Below, in pieces: positions 42,510-54,819 of a stretch of 64,000 nucleotides of DNA. How positions within the stretch are numbered: position 1 is the stretch's first letter; every line of letters begins with the position of its first letter. Origin of the DNA: an uncultured virus (IMG/VR IMGVR_UViG_3300018878_000121) (lineage: Duplodnaviria > Heunggongvirae > Uroviricota > Caudoviricetes); IMG/VR virus record IMGVR_UViG_3300018878_000121, positions 1 to 64,000 of that record, one strand, 5' to 3'. Under the pieces are notes generated by a model. That model had not been told where the DNA came from, ran no database searches, and saw only the letters and a program-made list of their open reading frames with translations. Made by a program: the position numbers and the translations under genes.

Positions 42510-43355
42510 GGATTTGTCAAGGGGTTTCGCAAAATTTTTTTATATTTTTTTTGTAAACAGATTATGAACATTGTTAAAAACTTAACTTACAAAGTTGGGA
42601 GAACTTTGCACTTTAGTATGGTAAAGCGTTAATACATCGTTAAATCTTTAACAATCTCGCTGCCACCAAGCTCTACAAATGTATGTTAATTTTTTAACAA
42701 TCTCGCTGCCGCAGCTCTACAAATGTATGTCAATCCAATTGCAGAGATTCGCTGAACTATGCAAATACTTTAACGCTTTAGCACTTTACCATACTAAAGT
42801 ATTCGCTACATTAGAGCGAGAGGGTTTGTACATAGTTTGTTAATAGTTTATTCACAATTAAATGTTAACAAATTATTTACAATTTGTTCATAATTTGTTC
42901 ACAATTATAGGAAATAAATTGTTAACAGTTTGTTCACAATTTGTTCATAAAAAATTTACAAATTGTTTACAATTGCGAAAAACGGCTCGCTTCAGCCGCC
43001 AGCGAGCCGAGGAATGACAGGGTGCGATTATAGGGTTGCGCGTAGTCCTGGAAAAATCCGACAATAGGTTTTGTATAGTAGAGGGGGGTGGTTTTCGTGA
43101 AAAATTTTTTTTGAATTTGATAAAATGATTTGGTCTGGACAAAAATCCCCTAAAGTCATTTTTTAATTTCAAATTACGAGAAACCCTAAAGTCATTTTGT
43201 AATTTCAAATCACGAAAAATCAATCCTTCTTCTTCCTATTACGTTTAGGTTTTTCTCCCCAAATAGCCTCATAAATTAAACTTGTACCTTTATTAGTAGC
43301 TTTCTGTCTTCTACTTTTTGCCATACTTCCCAAAATTCCACTCGGTTTTTTCATT

Positions 43356-43790
43356 TTAATTCCTCCATCCACAACATCCTTCCGTACCGCAAGCGTCGCA
43401 TTGCGCTTCTACTTCACTTTTACAAGGTCTCCAATCTTCCACAGATTTCTTTGCGCTTTCTTCTTTCATATATTTATCCCTATACTCAACAAATTCATCC
43501 CAGCCGCATTCATTAAAAATTTTAGTTGCTATAAATAATTCCCGCATACTATTATAAAAATGATATTCCTCCGGAGGAGGTTTAATTTCATTAGTCCTTA
43601 CAAGTTTCCATCCTTTTACTTTCTTTCCAAATAATTCAGTTTCTGTTTCAACACCTTTAAACTCTTTATAACTATAAGGATTTTTAATTCCATTAGCTTG
43701 CGCGTACTCATTAAATTCCATTTCATAAATAAGTATTGCCGCACTCACACCACTTATAACAATAGGTTCGTTAAAATCTGTCATCATCAT
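43356..43790 (-). CDS. hypothetical protein
   Basis: 144-aa ORF. Confidence 0.65.
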   Translation of the reverse strand: MMMTDFNEPIVISGVSAAILIYEMEFNEYAQANGIKNPYSYKEFKGVETETELFGKKVKGWKLVRTNEIKPPPEEYHFYNSMRELFIATKIFNECGWDEFVEYRDKYMKEESAKKSVEDWRPCKSEVEAQCDACGTEGCCGWRN

Positions 43791-43976
43791 CCCATCCTTC
43801 CGGCATAAAAATATCTAAAATCTATACTAACAAATTATTAAAAACTAAAATGGGGCCGCCCAGTATAAAGACCGCATAAATAGCCCATTTAGCTCCTTCA
43901 TTTTCAATCTTCATAATTTCATCTAAATAATTACTAAACATTAAAAATGAGCAAATCATCCATCCAATAATAATAA

Positions 43977-44369
43977 TTAAAGCTCCCACACGAATGTACC
44001 ATCCTTTAATTTATAAACATTAGCATGTAAGTTAATAGCTTCTCCACCTTCAAAATCATATTCTTTTAAATTCTTTTCTTCCAAAACTTCTTTTAATACT
44101 AAACTATCTTTTGGTAAACATAATGTAACTCCAATAACATTATGGTCATCATACATAGAAGTATCAACTATATTATATTGCGCTTTTTCATTAATAACAT
44201 TTACTGAAGTTACTAAAGTAACATCATTATATTCTTCAACAATTAATTTTTTCATTCTATCTCTTAATGAGCGTGAGCTATCTTTTCTTTCAATAACAGC
44301 AATAATAATTGTTACAATTATCATACCCGCAGTTACAATTCCCAATAATAATAAAGCATCTAAAAACAT
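43977..44369 (-). CDS. hypothetical protein with N-terminal membrane anchor
   Basis: Hydrophobic first 27 aa; GAGG RBS. Confidence 0.7.
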   Translation of the reverse strand: MFLDALLLLGIVTAGMIIVTIIIAVIERKDSSRSLRDRMKKLIVEEYNDVTLVTSVNVINEKAQYNIVDTSMYDDHNVIGVTLCLPKDSLVLKEVLEEKNLKEYDFEGGEAINLHANVYKLKDGTFVWEL

Positions 44370-44450
44370 TTGCGCACCTCAATTTTTTTTATTTTCTATA
44401 TATATTATATAAAAAATTTTTAAAAAAGTCAATAAATGCCTTAATGAAAT

Positions 44451-44479
44451 TTGACAAAAGAAAAATTTTATGGTACAAT
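44451..44479 (+). promoter_or_regulatory. Sigma-70-type promoter for the plus-strand operon, divergent from a minus-strand promoter
   Basis: TTGACA-17 nt-TACAAT with TG extension. Confidence 0.75.
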
Positions 44480-44507
44480 ATAAGTATAAAATAACTGGAG
44501 GTAAAAA

Positions 44508-45566
44508 ATGGTTAAATTAGATTATTCTTTACAAACTCCAGAAGAAAGAGTTAAATTAGTAGAATAGATTTTAGCCGAGGACCCAAACCCCAGTGAAAAA
44601 TATTCAGAAGTATTGGCTGACTATTTAATTCTTTGTATGGAGAAACAAGAAAGAAAAGAAAAGAAAATTCTTACTGAAAACCGAATGGCGACAGTAAATA
44701 AAAGAGAAACTTCTTATGAAGGTCTTGTTTCCCAATTAGAAAATGGCGAAGATGGTATATATAATTTAATGTCAGATAATAAATAGTAGATTTTTCAACC
44801 AAAAGTAACAATAACAAAAAAAGATTTAGAAGAGATTCCTGATTTGCGCCAATTGCGCGACGCCATAGAAATCTGGGAGGCAAAACTAAAAACCGCCGAA
44901 GGAAAAGATGCTTTTACTATTAAAAAAGCTTTAATTGAATTGCGGAAAGACCAATATATTATTAAAAATGCGTTCAGATGCCCTGTTGAATTAAATAAGA
45001 TTACTCGCTCAAAATCTTATATTAAATTAGATGATACAACTTGCGAATTTGATGATGATGGATATCCTATTCCTTCTGGAATTTCATTAATGAATCCTGA
45101 AGTTGTTTCAGCAATTTTATGTAATTATTCAAAATTAAAGCAAGATAGTTGGGATTATTTTGAAGGAGATACTTGGTATCTTATGAATGATTTTGACCAT
45201 TTGAGTAATGTGGCTTTAAAAGAATATCCATTATATGAACGATTAGTTGATTTAAAAATTGATGGACTTTAGAATGCGGATATCCAAATAAAATTAGAAG
45301 AAGAATTTGGAATTAAACATAGTCTAGAATATATATCTAGTTTATGGCGTAATAAAATTCCTAAATTAATTGCGTCAACTGCGGAAGATGAATTTTTAGA
45401 TTGGTATTATTTAGAAGTTGAAAAAGGAAAATATAAAAAATGTAGTAGATGCGGACAGATTAAATTAGCTCATAATAAATATTTTAGCAAGAATAAAACA
45501 AGCCGAGATGGCTTTTACAGTATTTGTAAATGCTGCCGGAATGCTAAAACAAAGAAAGGAGAATAA
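44508..45566 (+). CDS. HTH + Zn-finger protein, possible transcription regulator (TAG read-through)
   Basis: Single frame with TAG interruptions; C-terminal CSRC...CKCC. Confidence 0.7.
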
Positions 45567-45569
45567 TTT

Positions 45570-46763
45570 ATGCCTGACCATTATTATTGTGAAAAATGTA
45601 ATAGAACATTAGCAGCTGAAGAATTTTATACTTCAAATAATTTAGAAAAATATCCTAATGATGGTAAGTTAAATCAATGTAAAAAATGTATTACAATGCA
45701 TGTAGATAATTGGAATCCAGACACTTATCTATGGATTTTACAAGAAGTTGATGTCCCATATGTTCCAGAAGAATGGGATAAACTTATGACATCATATATT
45801 AAAGACAATAAAAAAATTACAGGTATGACTATTTTAGGTAGATATCTATCTAAAATGAAATTAAAACAATTTAGAGAATATCGTTGGAAAGACAACGAAT
45901 TTATACAAAATTTAAAAAATAAAAAAATTGAAGAAACAATGAAACGTTAGGGATATAGTGCGGTTGAAATAGCAGAAGCTATTAATAAATCAACCTTTAC
46001 TATGCCTGTGGAAGAATTGCGCGAACCAGAACCTAAAGCAATTGGCTCTCAAGTGGAAGAAGAACCTGAAGATTATTTTGCTAAATAGTCTGGTGCTGAT
46101 GACTCTTTCTTTGATGATGATTTAACAGAAGAAGATAGAACATATTTAAGATTAAAATGGGGAAAAGCATATAAACCAGAAGAATGGATTAAACTAGAAC
46201 AACTTTATAATGAAATGATGGAATCTTATGATATCCAAACCGCAGGTCATATTGATACTTTAAAATTAATTTGTAAAACCTCATTAAAAGCAAATCAATT
46301 AATTGATATTGGTGATGTAGAAGGATTCCAAAAAATGAGTAAAGTTTATGATAACTTAATGAAGAGTGGTAGATTTACTGCGGCCTAGAATAAAGCAGAA
46401 TCTGGTGAGTTTGTTGACTCTATTGCTGAACTAGTTGAAATATGTGAAAAAGAAGGTTTTATTCCTAGATTTTATACAGATACACCAATGGATAAAGTTG
46501 ATGAAACTTTAGCTGATTTAAAAGGATATACACGCACATTAGTCACTGAAGAAATGAATTTAGGTAATTTAATTGAAAGTGCTGTTAAAGAAATGGCTAA
46601 GCAAGAAGCAAAAGAAGAAGATGAAGATGTTGAAGATGAACTTGATTTAGATGAAATTGAATAGTTAAAAGATGAAGATTTTGAAGATTATAATCAATTT
46701 TTAGATGAAGATATAGAAGCTGACGCGGATTTCTTAAAGCAATTAACTAATGAGGGTAATTAA
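45570..46763 (+). CDS. Zn-finger protein, candidate terminase small subunit (TAG read-through)
   Basis: CEKC...CKKC N-terminus, acidic tail, directly upstream of TerL. Confidence 0.6.
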
Positions 46764-46765
46764 TT

Positions 46766-48508
46766 ATGGCTTTATAGGATTTATTAAATTTATCTGAACA
46801 AAGAAAAAAAATTGGTTTATCTGAAGAAAGAGTAAATGCTATTATTCCAATAGTGCGTCAATACATTGCCTTTTGGAGAGAATATCCTGATATGTTTGTG
46901 GATTTTCTAGTTAGAGGTAATAGAACTGAAATAAAAGATGGCGAATTTAAATTTTATTTTTATTAGCGAGTATTTTTGCGTGCGGCAATGCGACATCAGT
47001 ATCTGTACGCAGTATTTCCTCGCGCCTATTCAAAATCATTCTTATCAGTAATGGTGTTAATGTGTAAATGTATTTTGTATCCTCGTTGCAAATTGTTTGT
47101 TACTTCTGGAGGTAAGGAACAAGCTGCTGGTATCATTAAAGAAAAAGTTCAAGAAATTTGTACTCTTATTCCTGCGTTTAAAAATGAAATAGACTGGACA
47201 AGAGGTAAAACTCTTGAAGGAAAAGATTATTGTAAATATGTTTTTACAAATGGTTCATATTTTGATAATATCGCAGCGAGAGAAAGCTCTCGTGGTAAAC
47301 GTCGTCATGGTGGTTTAATTGAGGAATGTGTTGGTGTTGATGGTACTATTCTTTCTGAAGTAATTATTCCTACAATGAACGTTTCTCGTATGTGTATGGA
47401 TGGTTCAACGCATCCAGAAGAATAGTTAAATAAGTCATAGATTTATGTAACTACAGCTGGATGGAAAAATACATTCCCTTATGATAAGCTCATTCAATTA
47501 CTAGTATGGCAAATTGTTAAACCAGAAAAATCTATGATACTTGGTGGTACATATCGTATTCCAGTATTAGTTAAATTACTTGATAAAAACTTTATCCGTG
47601 ATTTAAAAATGGATGGTACATTTAATGAGATGTCTTTTGACCGTGAATATGAAAGTAAATGGTCTGGTTCGGTTGAAGATGCTTTCTTTAATTCAGAAGT
47701 TTTTGATAGAAATAGAATTTTAAAATAGCCTGAATATGAAGCATCAGGGCGCTCAAGCAAATCTAGTTTTTATATATTATCTGCGGATGTTGGTCGTAAA
47801 GGTTGTGATACTGTAGTATGCGTATTTAAGGTAACACCATAGCCGCAAGGCTCTTCCATAAAAACTTTAGTAAATTTATTTACTTTATCAGATGCGCATT
47901 TTGAAGATTAGGCTATTAAATTAAAAAGATTATTTTATAAATTTAATGCTCGTAGATTAATAATTGATGCTAATGGTATGGGTATTGGTTTATTAGATTA
48001 TTTAGTAAAGCCTCAAATTGACCCAGATACTGGCGATACTTTCCCTGATTTTGGTGTTTATAATGATGAAGAAGGATATTATAAAAAATATAGAACAGTA
48101 AATTGCGAACAAGATGCTGTTTATCAAATAAAAGCAAATGCTCCTATAAATACTGAAGCTCATGCTAATGCGCGTTCTCAATTATCTTCTGGAAAAGTTA
48201 AAATGCTTATAGATGAACGTGTGGCAAAAGTTAAATTAATGGGAACAAAATTAGGTTAGAATATGAAGCCTGAAGAAAGGGCAGAATATTTAAAACCATT
48301 TACTTTAACTTCCATATTAAGAGAGGAATTAATGAACCTTCGTGAAGAAAATGAAGGTGTTAATATTATACTTAAATAGGTAAACCGAGGGGTTAGAAAA
48401 GATAAATTTTCTGCCTTTGAATATGGTCTATATTATATTAAACAAGAAGAAGATAATAAAAAGAAGAAAAAGAAATTTAATGCTAAAGAGTGGATGTTTT
48501 TAAGTTAA
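46766..48508 (+). CDS. terL: Terminase large subunit (TAG read-through)
   Basis: PRAYSKS Walker A variant, RGKRR..LIEE Walker B, ADVGR and KDKFSA nuclease motifs; at least 8 in-frame TAG. Confidence 0.9.
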
Positions 48509-48520
48509 GGGGGGAGATAA

Positions 48521-48877
48521 TTGCGGGCATCTCGTGGTGAAATCAAAATAGAAGAAATTTTGACAGAAGCAGAATTACATTTTAAAATGGAATATATTTT
48601 TCCAGATTTAAAAAGTCCAAATGGTCGTCCTTTGAGATTTGATTTTGTTGTTTTTGATGATGATGGAAATATTGATTTTATTATTGAATATTAGGGAAAA
48701 TAGCATTATGAAGCTAGTCAAAAATTTGGTGGTAAAAAAGGTCTTTATCAACAACAATATAATGATAATCAAAAAAGAAGATTTTGTGCTTTACATGATT
48801 TTAAATTAATTGAAATCCCTTATACAGATGAACATCTTATTACTTATGATTATTTAATGCATTTAGCAGGATATTAA
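48521..48877 (+). CDS. Vsr/DUF559-like PD-(D/E)XK endonuclease (TAG read-through)
   Basis: SRGE..I...LRFDF...IEY*GK*HY..D..KR.FC...LIEIPY. Confidence 0.8.
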
Positions 48878-48894
48878 GTAAAGGAGGTGGAATT

Positions 48895-50508
48895 TTGGAT
48901 AATAAAGAATTAACGCGAAATGAACAAATTCATGCTAAAGGTTTTAACATTGATGGCGGATATAGAGATTATGCTTGTATAGATAGTGAGACTGACTTTA
49001 AACGTATAAAAGTTGGAGTTAAGCAATTAGATGACGCAGTTTTAAATTTAGGTTCATTAAAATCTTGTTTGCCACCAAACCATAAATTCGCAGATAAAAA
49101 ATATATCTTTAAAATGATTATGGATAGAAATATAGAAGAATTGAGAAATATATCTAATTTCTATTATAATATGAATGGTATATATGAAAGAGTTTGTAAT
49201 TATTTCGCTTAGTTATATAGATATGACTGGTATGTTGTTCCAGAAGTAATTGATGATAGTATTAAAGAAGATAAAATATTGAAAGATTTTTCTAAAGTGC
49301 TGAATTATTTAGATAATTCATATGTTAGAAAAATTTGTCAAGATATTGCTTTAGAGATTATGAAAAATGGATGTTATTATGGATATCTTGTTCCAAGTTC
49401 AGATAGCATTATTCTACAACAATTGCCGATTGAATATTGCCGCTCTCGCTATAGCGTCGCAGGAATGCCAGCCATTGAATTTAATATGAAATTTTTTGAT
49501 ACGTTTAGAGATATGAATTATCGTTTAAAAGTATTAAATTTATTTCCCGATGAATTCAAAAAAGGTTATTTACTTTATAAGCAAGGAAAATTACCCGCTG
49601 AAGTGTAGGGAGATAGTAGTGGTGGATGGTATTTATTAGATACAGATAGTGCTGTTAAATTTAATTTTAATGGTAGTGATATTCCTCCATTTGTAAATGC
49701 TATTGGGGCTTTATTGGATTTAGATGCTGCTTAGGATTTAGACCGTCGTAAGTAGATGTAGAAATTGTTAAAAATTATTGTTCAAAAACTTCCATTAGAT
49801 AAAAATGGTGATTTAATTTTTGATGTAGATGAAGCAAGAGATATTCACAATAATGGTGTATAGATGTTAAGACGTGCTGTTGGTGTTGATGTTTTAACAA
49901 CTTTTACTGATGTTGATTCAATTGATTTATCTGATAAAAATACATCTACAACAACCGATGATTTGGAAAAAGTAGAAAGAGCATTATTTAATGCTTTAGG
50001 TATTTCTTAGAATTTATTTAATACTGATGGAAATTTATCATTGGAAAAATCTATTTTAAATGATGAATCAGTAGTGAGAAATCTATTATGTTAGTTTAGT
50101 ATTTTCTTTGACAAAGTTATTGATAAAAAATATTCAAATGGAAAAAAATATAAATTTAAATTTTATATGTTAGAAACCACTCAATATAATTATAAAGATT
50201 TAGCTAAATTATACAAAGAATAGACGCAAATTGGATATTCAAAAATGTTACCGCAAATAGCTTTAGGTCATTCTCAAAGCTTTATTTTAAATTCAGTACA
50301 TTTTGAAAATGAAGTATTACATTTAAGTGAAATTATGATTCCTCCTCTAATGAGTTCAACTATGAGTAGTGAAGATGTTTTAGGTAATAAAAAATCTACA
50401 ACTAGTTCCAATTCTAATTCTACTTCTGGAAATGCGGTTGGCCGACCGGAGAAAGCAGATTCAGAAAAAAGTGAAAAGACAATTCAAAATAAAGAGTCAA
50501 TGAATTAA
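48895..50508 (+). CDS. Portal protein (TAG read-through)
   Basis: 537-codon frame after TerL; C-terminal GRP motif; gene order. Confidence 0.75.
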
Positions 50509-50519
50509 GGAGGATAATA

Positions 50520-52151
50520 ATGAAACATAAAAGTATTAAATTAGATACAGGAGTTGAATTAATTAATATCACTCCTTTTAATCCATTAATTTCTAAATGT
50601 TAGATTAAGGTTTGTTATGTAAGTGATGAACCTAACAGAAATAAAAGTATAATTACTAAAGAAGTTGCTAAATAGATTGCTAATAGTCTTCCAGGCAGTC
50701 CTATTGTTGGTTATTATAACGAACACAAAGAAGACTTTGAAGAACATAATAGAATTATTGAAATTTCAAATGGATAGTTTAAAATTAAAGATACAACTAG
50801 ACCATATGGATTTGTTGATTTAGGAGCAAAAGTATGGTTTCAGAAATTTTTAGATGATGATACCACTGAAAGAGAATATTTAGTAACTGAAGGATGGCTG
50901 TGGACTGGTCAATATCCTGAATGCCAACGAGCAATTGATGAAGGAAATAATCATTCTATGGAATTAGATGAAGATTATTTAAATGCTTTTTGGACGAAAG
51001 ATAGTAATGGAAAACCTTAGTTTTTTATTATAAATGAAGCAATTATTTCAAAACTTTGTATGTTAGGCGAGGATAATGAACCTTGTTTTGAAGGTTCAAA
51101 TATTACCGCGCCAGATTTAACATTCTCATATGGAGATAATTTTAAAGAACAACTTTTCTCTATGATGAATGAAATAAAAGAATTATTAAATGAAGGAGGA
51201 AAAGAAGTGTTTACTAGATACGCTGTAGAAATCGGTGACGCTTTATGGAGCAGTCTTTATAGCTACCTTGAAAAAACATATCCAGATGGACAGTATTGTT
51301 CTGTATATCGTATTGAAGGTATTTATGAAGAGAATGGTCAAAAGTTTACTATTCTTCAACATCGTGCTGATTTAAAATATTTCCGTTTAAATTTCTCTTT
51401 GGATGAAAGTAATGGATTTGTTCCATCAGACACTTTTGTTGAGGTAACAAAGACTTATACTCCATCTGAACAGCCTCAGTTCGCTTTGGCTGATATTGAA
51501 GCTTATGAAGCTGAATATGCCTCAAATCAGAAAAATTCTTCTGAAGAAGAGGACAAAAATGATAAAGATGAAACAAACAATTCTGATAATAATTCAGAAG
51601 GTGAAAAAGCACCTGAAGATAATGAAACTTTCGCAAAGAAAGATGATGAAGAGGAAGAAAAATGTCCTAAATGCGGCAAACCTGTAAAGGAATGCGAGTG
51701 CGAGGATGAAGAAGAAGAGGATAAGAAAAAGAAATATTCTCTTGAAGAAATTCCTGAATATGTAGAACTTCAAAATACTTATGCTCAATTAAAGAGTGAT
51801 TATGATGCTCTTGTACTTGAAAAAGAAAATCTTGAAGCGCAAATTAAACCATTATCTGAATTTAAAGCTAATGCTGATAAAAAAGAAAAAGAAGCAATGA
51901 TTGCTAGTTTCTATATGCTTTCTGATGAAGATAAAGCTGATGTTATTACCAATATTGATACTTATTCTTTGGATGAAATTGAAGCAAAGCTTGCTATTAT
52001 TTGTGTTCGTAACAAGGTTAGTTTTAATCTTGAAGATGATAAAGGTGTTGAAACACCACCTACAACTTATGACCTAAACAGTGATGATAATAATGATAAT
52101 GTTCCTGCTTGGGTTAAACGTGCAATGTCTGTTGCAGAAAATATGAAATAA
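50520..52151 (+). CDS. Prohead protease / scaffold fusion (TAG in N-terminal part)
   Basis: HSMEL and LCMLG..EPCFEG motifs, acidic coiled-coil C-terminus. Confidence 0.72.
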
Positions 52152-52180
52152 TAATAAAAATTTAAAGGAGGACATATATA

Positions 52181-52998
52181 ATGTATTCACCTGGAATGGA
52201 AAAATGGTTCAAGAATAATTATGCTAGCCAGGCAAAATACGTTCAGTTTGGTTTTGGTCAGGTTGAACCTAACCATCTTTCTGCTCAACGTACCGGCCAG
52301 ATTTATGGCCAATTGCCTGCGGCTGCTGATATTGCTATTTTAGAGCAAGGCCAGTTGTAAAGTATGACTATGCGAAGGGTGTAGTTAATTTTGAGGGTGC
52401 TGGCGAATGGATGCTCGTTTATAATGAAATTAAGTTATATCGTGAAAATCAGGCAGATTGCGAATTCGCAATGTTAAAAGATAATTATCAGGCTCGTGTT
52501 TATAGCCCATTTGGTTACGGTCTTGATAAGGACGGCAATCAGGCTCCTGATATTGTCTGGGACAAACAGTCTCGTTATTATAATGGTGTTGATGCTGAAG
52601 GTAATGACTCCATTACTCTTAATGATAAGACTTATAAGTTTGATGATGTAACTGCTGATGGTACCACTATTACTGCTGCTGATGGTACTGAAAAGCATAT
52701 TTCTGCTGACCCTTATGAGATGAATCTCACTAGTGACCCTTATCATATTGAAGGTCCTTATAAGGAAGCTATGATGCCCGAAGGCACCACAATGGTTCCT
52801 CGCGTATTTAAGACTAATGTTGGTGATATTTTCACTACTAACACTGTAAATGCTGACACTCTTGCTGTTGGTGATATTCTTACTCCTGGTGCTAAGGGTA
52901 TCCTTGAGGTTGGCGAAGGCGATATGAAGTGGCAGGTTGTTAAAGTTTATACAATGCCTGATAGACAGCAAGGCGTTAAGATTATGCGTATTGCGTAA
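52181..52998 (+). CDS. Virion head protein (decoration-type), apparent 1-nt frameshift near 52355
   Basis: GGAGG RBS, ATG 52181; frame switches at CAG TT GTA AAG TAT into the 52411-52998 ORF. Confidence 0.65.
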
Positions 52999-53015
52999 GA
53001 AAGGAGTGAAGAATA

Positions 53016-54131
53016 ATGGCTTTAGATAGACAAAATTTAGTTGATTTGATGAAGCAGGTAGCAAAAGCTGACCCTTCCGCTCCTACTGCTTATGCGTATG
53101 GTGATAAGACTCTTAGCTATGATGCTTTAAATGAAACTTTGCGTCAAGAATTAAATGAACTTGCTGGTTCATATTCTGACTATCGTGAAAATAAAAATCT
53201 TATTTTCGCAGTAATTGAAGAAACTCTTGATGAAGTTCTTCCTAAGAAGGTTGAACAGAAATATGAGCAGTTTGCTGAAGTTAAGCAGTTTGCTCAAGGT
53301 GATAAGCCTGCGTTTCGCCGCAAGGTTGGTTCCAGCAAACGTGCTAAGCAGTTTATTACTCGTGTTGGTTTAAATGGTATTTATGAAGTATTTAAGCTTG
53401 CTCCTAATACCGATGAAGTAATTGAAGTTCGTACTTCTGCTGTCGGTGGAGCTGCTCAAATCGGATTTGAGGAGTTCCTTGATGGTCGTGTAGACTTCGC
53501 AGAAGTTACTCGCATCGTTATGGAGGGTATTGATGAACTTATTTATAAGGAAATCGCGCATGCTCTTAAAGCTTCTGTAAATCAGTTACCACCAGCAAAT
53601 AGAGTTGCTGCTCCTGGCTTTGATGAGGCTGCTTTTGACAAACTTCTTACTATTGCTAATGCTTATGGTACACCTACTATTTATTGTACTTATGAATTTG
53701 CTGTTCAGATGATTCCATAGGAAGCTTGGAGATATACTGAGGCAATGAAGACTGAGCTTTGGAATACTGGTCGTCTCGCTTCTTATAAGGGACATAAGGT
53801 AGTTATTCTTGAGCAAGGCTTTGAGGATGAAACTAATAGTCGCAAAGTTATTGACCCAGGTTATGTATGGATTATTCCTGCTGGCGCTGATAGCAAGCCT
53901 GTAAAGGTTGCTTTTGAAGGTCAGACTCTTGTTGATGAATAGGTTAATAAGGACCGTTCTCGTGAAATTCAGGTTTATAAGAAGGTTGGCGTTGTTGCTA
54001 TGTTGGCAAATAACATTTGCTGCTATGTTGATACTGCTCTTCTTGGTGACCTTGATACTTGGCATCTTGATGGTGTAACCGGTAAGGTTGCTACTTATGA
54101 TGGCCGTCTTGATGGTTCTTTAAAGGCGTAA
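53016..54131 (+). CDS. Major capsid protein (TAG at 53718 and 53940)
   Basis: 371-aa frame, highly biased codon usage, gene order, followed by terminator. Confidence 0.8.
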
Positions 54132-54167
54132 TTAATAATTTAAAATTAAATATATATAAATAAACAT

Positions 54168-54205
54168 GGGGGAGAATGGGGATGTTCCCCTTCTCCCTTA
54201 TATTT
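54168..54205 (+). terminator. Intrinsic terminator-like hairpin after capsid gene
   Basis: gggagaatgggga-tgt-tccccttctccc followed by T-rich tract. Confidence 0.65.
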
Positions 54206-54233
54206 ATTAATGGAGATAAAGGAGATAAATAAA

Positions 54234-54797
54234 ATGGCAAATAATAAAATATGTTTAGTAAAGAATAGAAGTGCTGGAATGGTTGTTTATAAAATTCCAG
54301 AAGATGGAGTTAGACGTGAATTTCAGCCCGGTGAAACAAAAAAGATTGCGTTTACAGAGTTGGAGAAATTAACTTATCAACCTGGTGGACGCACACTTAT
54401 TGCGAATTTTCTTCAAATTACTGATGAAAAAGTAACTAGTGATTTAAATGTTCATACAGAAGCTGAGTACTATATGTCTGAAGAACAAGTTGCTGAATTG
54501 ATTTTAAATGGTGAACTTGACGCTTTCCTTGATGCTTTAGATTATGCCCCTATTGGCGTAATTGATTTAATTAAGCAATATGCTATTTCTCTTCCAATGA
54601 ATGACTTACAGAAGAGAGATGCTTTATTGAAAAAGACTGGTTTTGATGTGACCAGAGCTCTTGAAAATTTGCGCAATGAACAGCAAGTTGATAATGCTAA
54701 TAAGGAAAATGATGCGGCTCCAGCTACTACTTCTAGACGTAGAACAACTACAAATTATAAAGTCGTTAATAAAACAGAAGAAAGTAAAAGTGAGTAA
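54234..54797 (+). CDS. hypothetical virion-module protein
   Basis: GGAG RBS before MANNK. Confidence 0.75.
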   Translation: MANNKICLVKNRSAGMVVYKIPEDGVRREFQPGETKKIAFTELEKLTYQPGGRTLIANFLQITDEKVTSDLNVHTEAEYYMSEEQVAELILNGELDAFLDALDYAPIGVIDLIKQYAISLPMNDLQKRDALLKKTGFDVTRALENLRNEQQVDNANKENDAAPATTSRRRTTTNYKVVNKTEESKSE

Positions 54798-54819
54798 TTA
54801 ATAGATAGGAGGCGAAGAG

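Larger units (their letters stand above)
26640..43220. repeat. Dispersed non-coding islands: GC-rich palindrome embedded in TTGT(G/A)AA / TT(C/T)ACAA repeats
   Basis: Cores near 26867, 28498, 30420, 33038, 35508, 37263, 38949, 39137, 42983. Confidence 0.8.
1095..44432 (-). promoter_or_regulatory. Array of roughly 45 near-consensus sigma-70/sigma-A promoters (TTGACA/TTGATT-17 nt-TGnTATAAT-ATATATA)
   Basis: Recurrent plus-strand text tatatattatatcata...tgtcaa/aatcaa, e.g. 1921-1963, 19496-19534, 34023-34060, 42485-42521; counted by eye. Confidence 0.9.
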
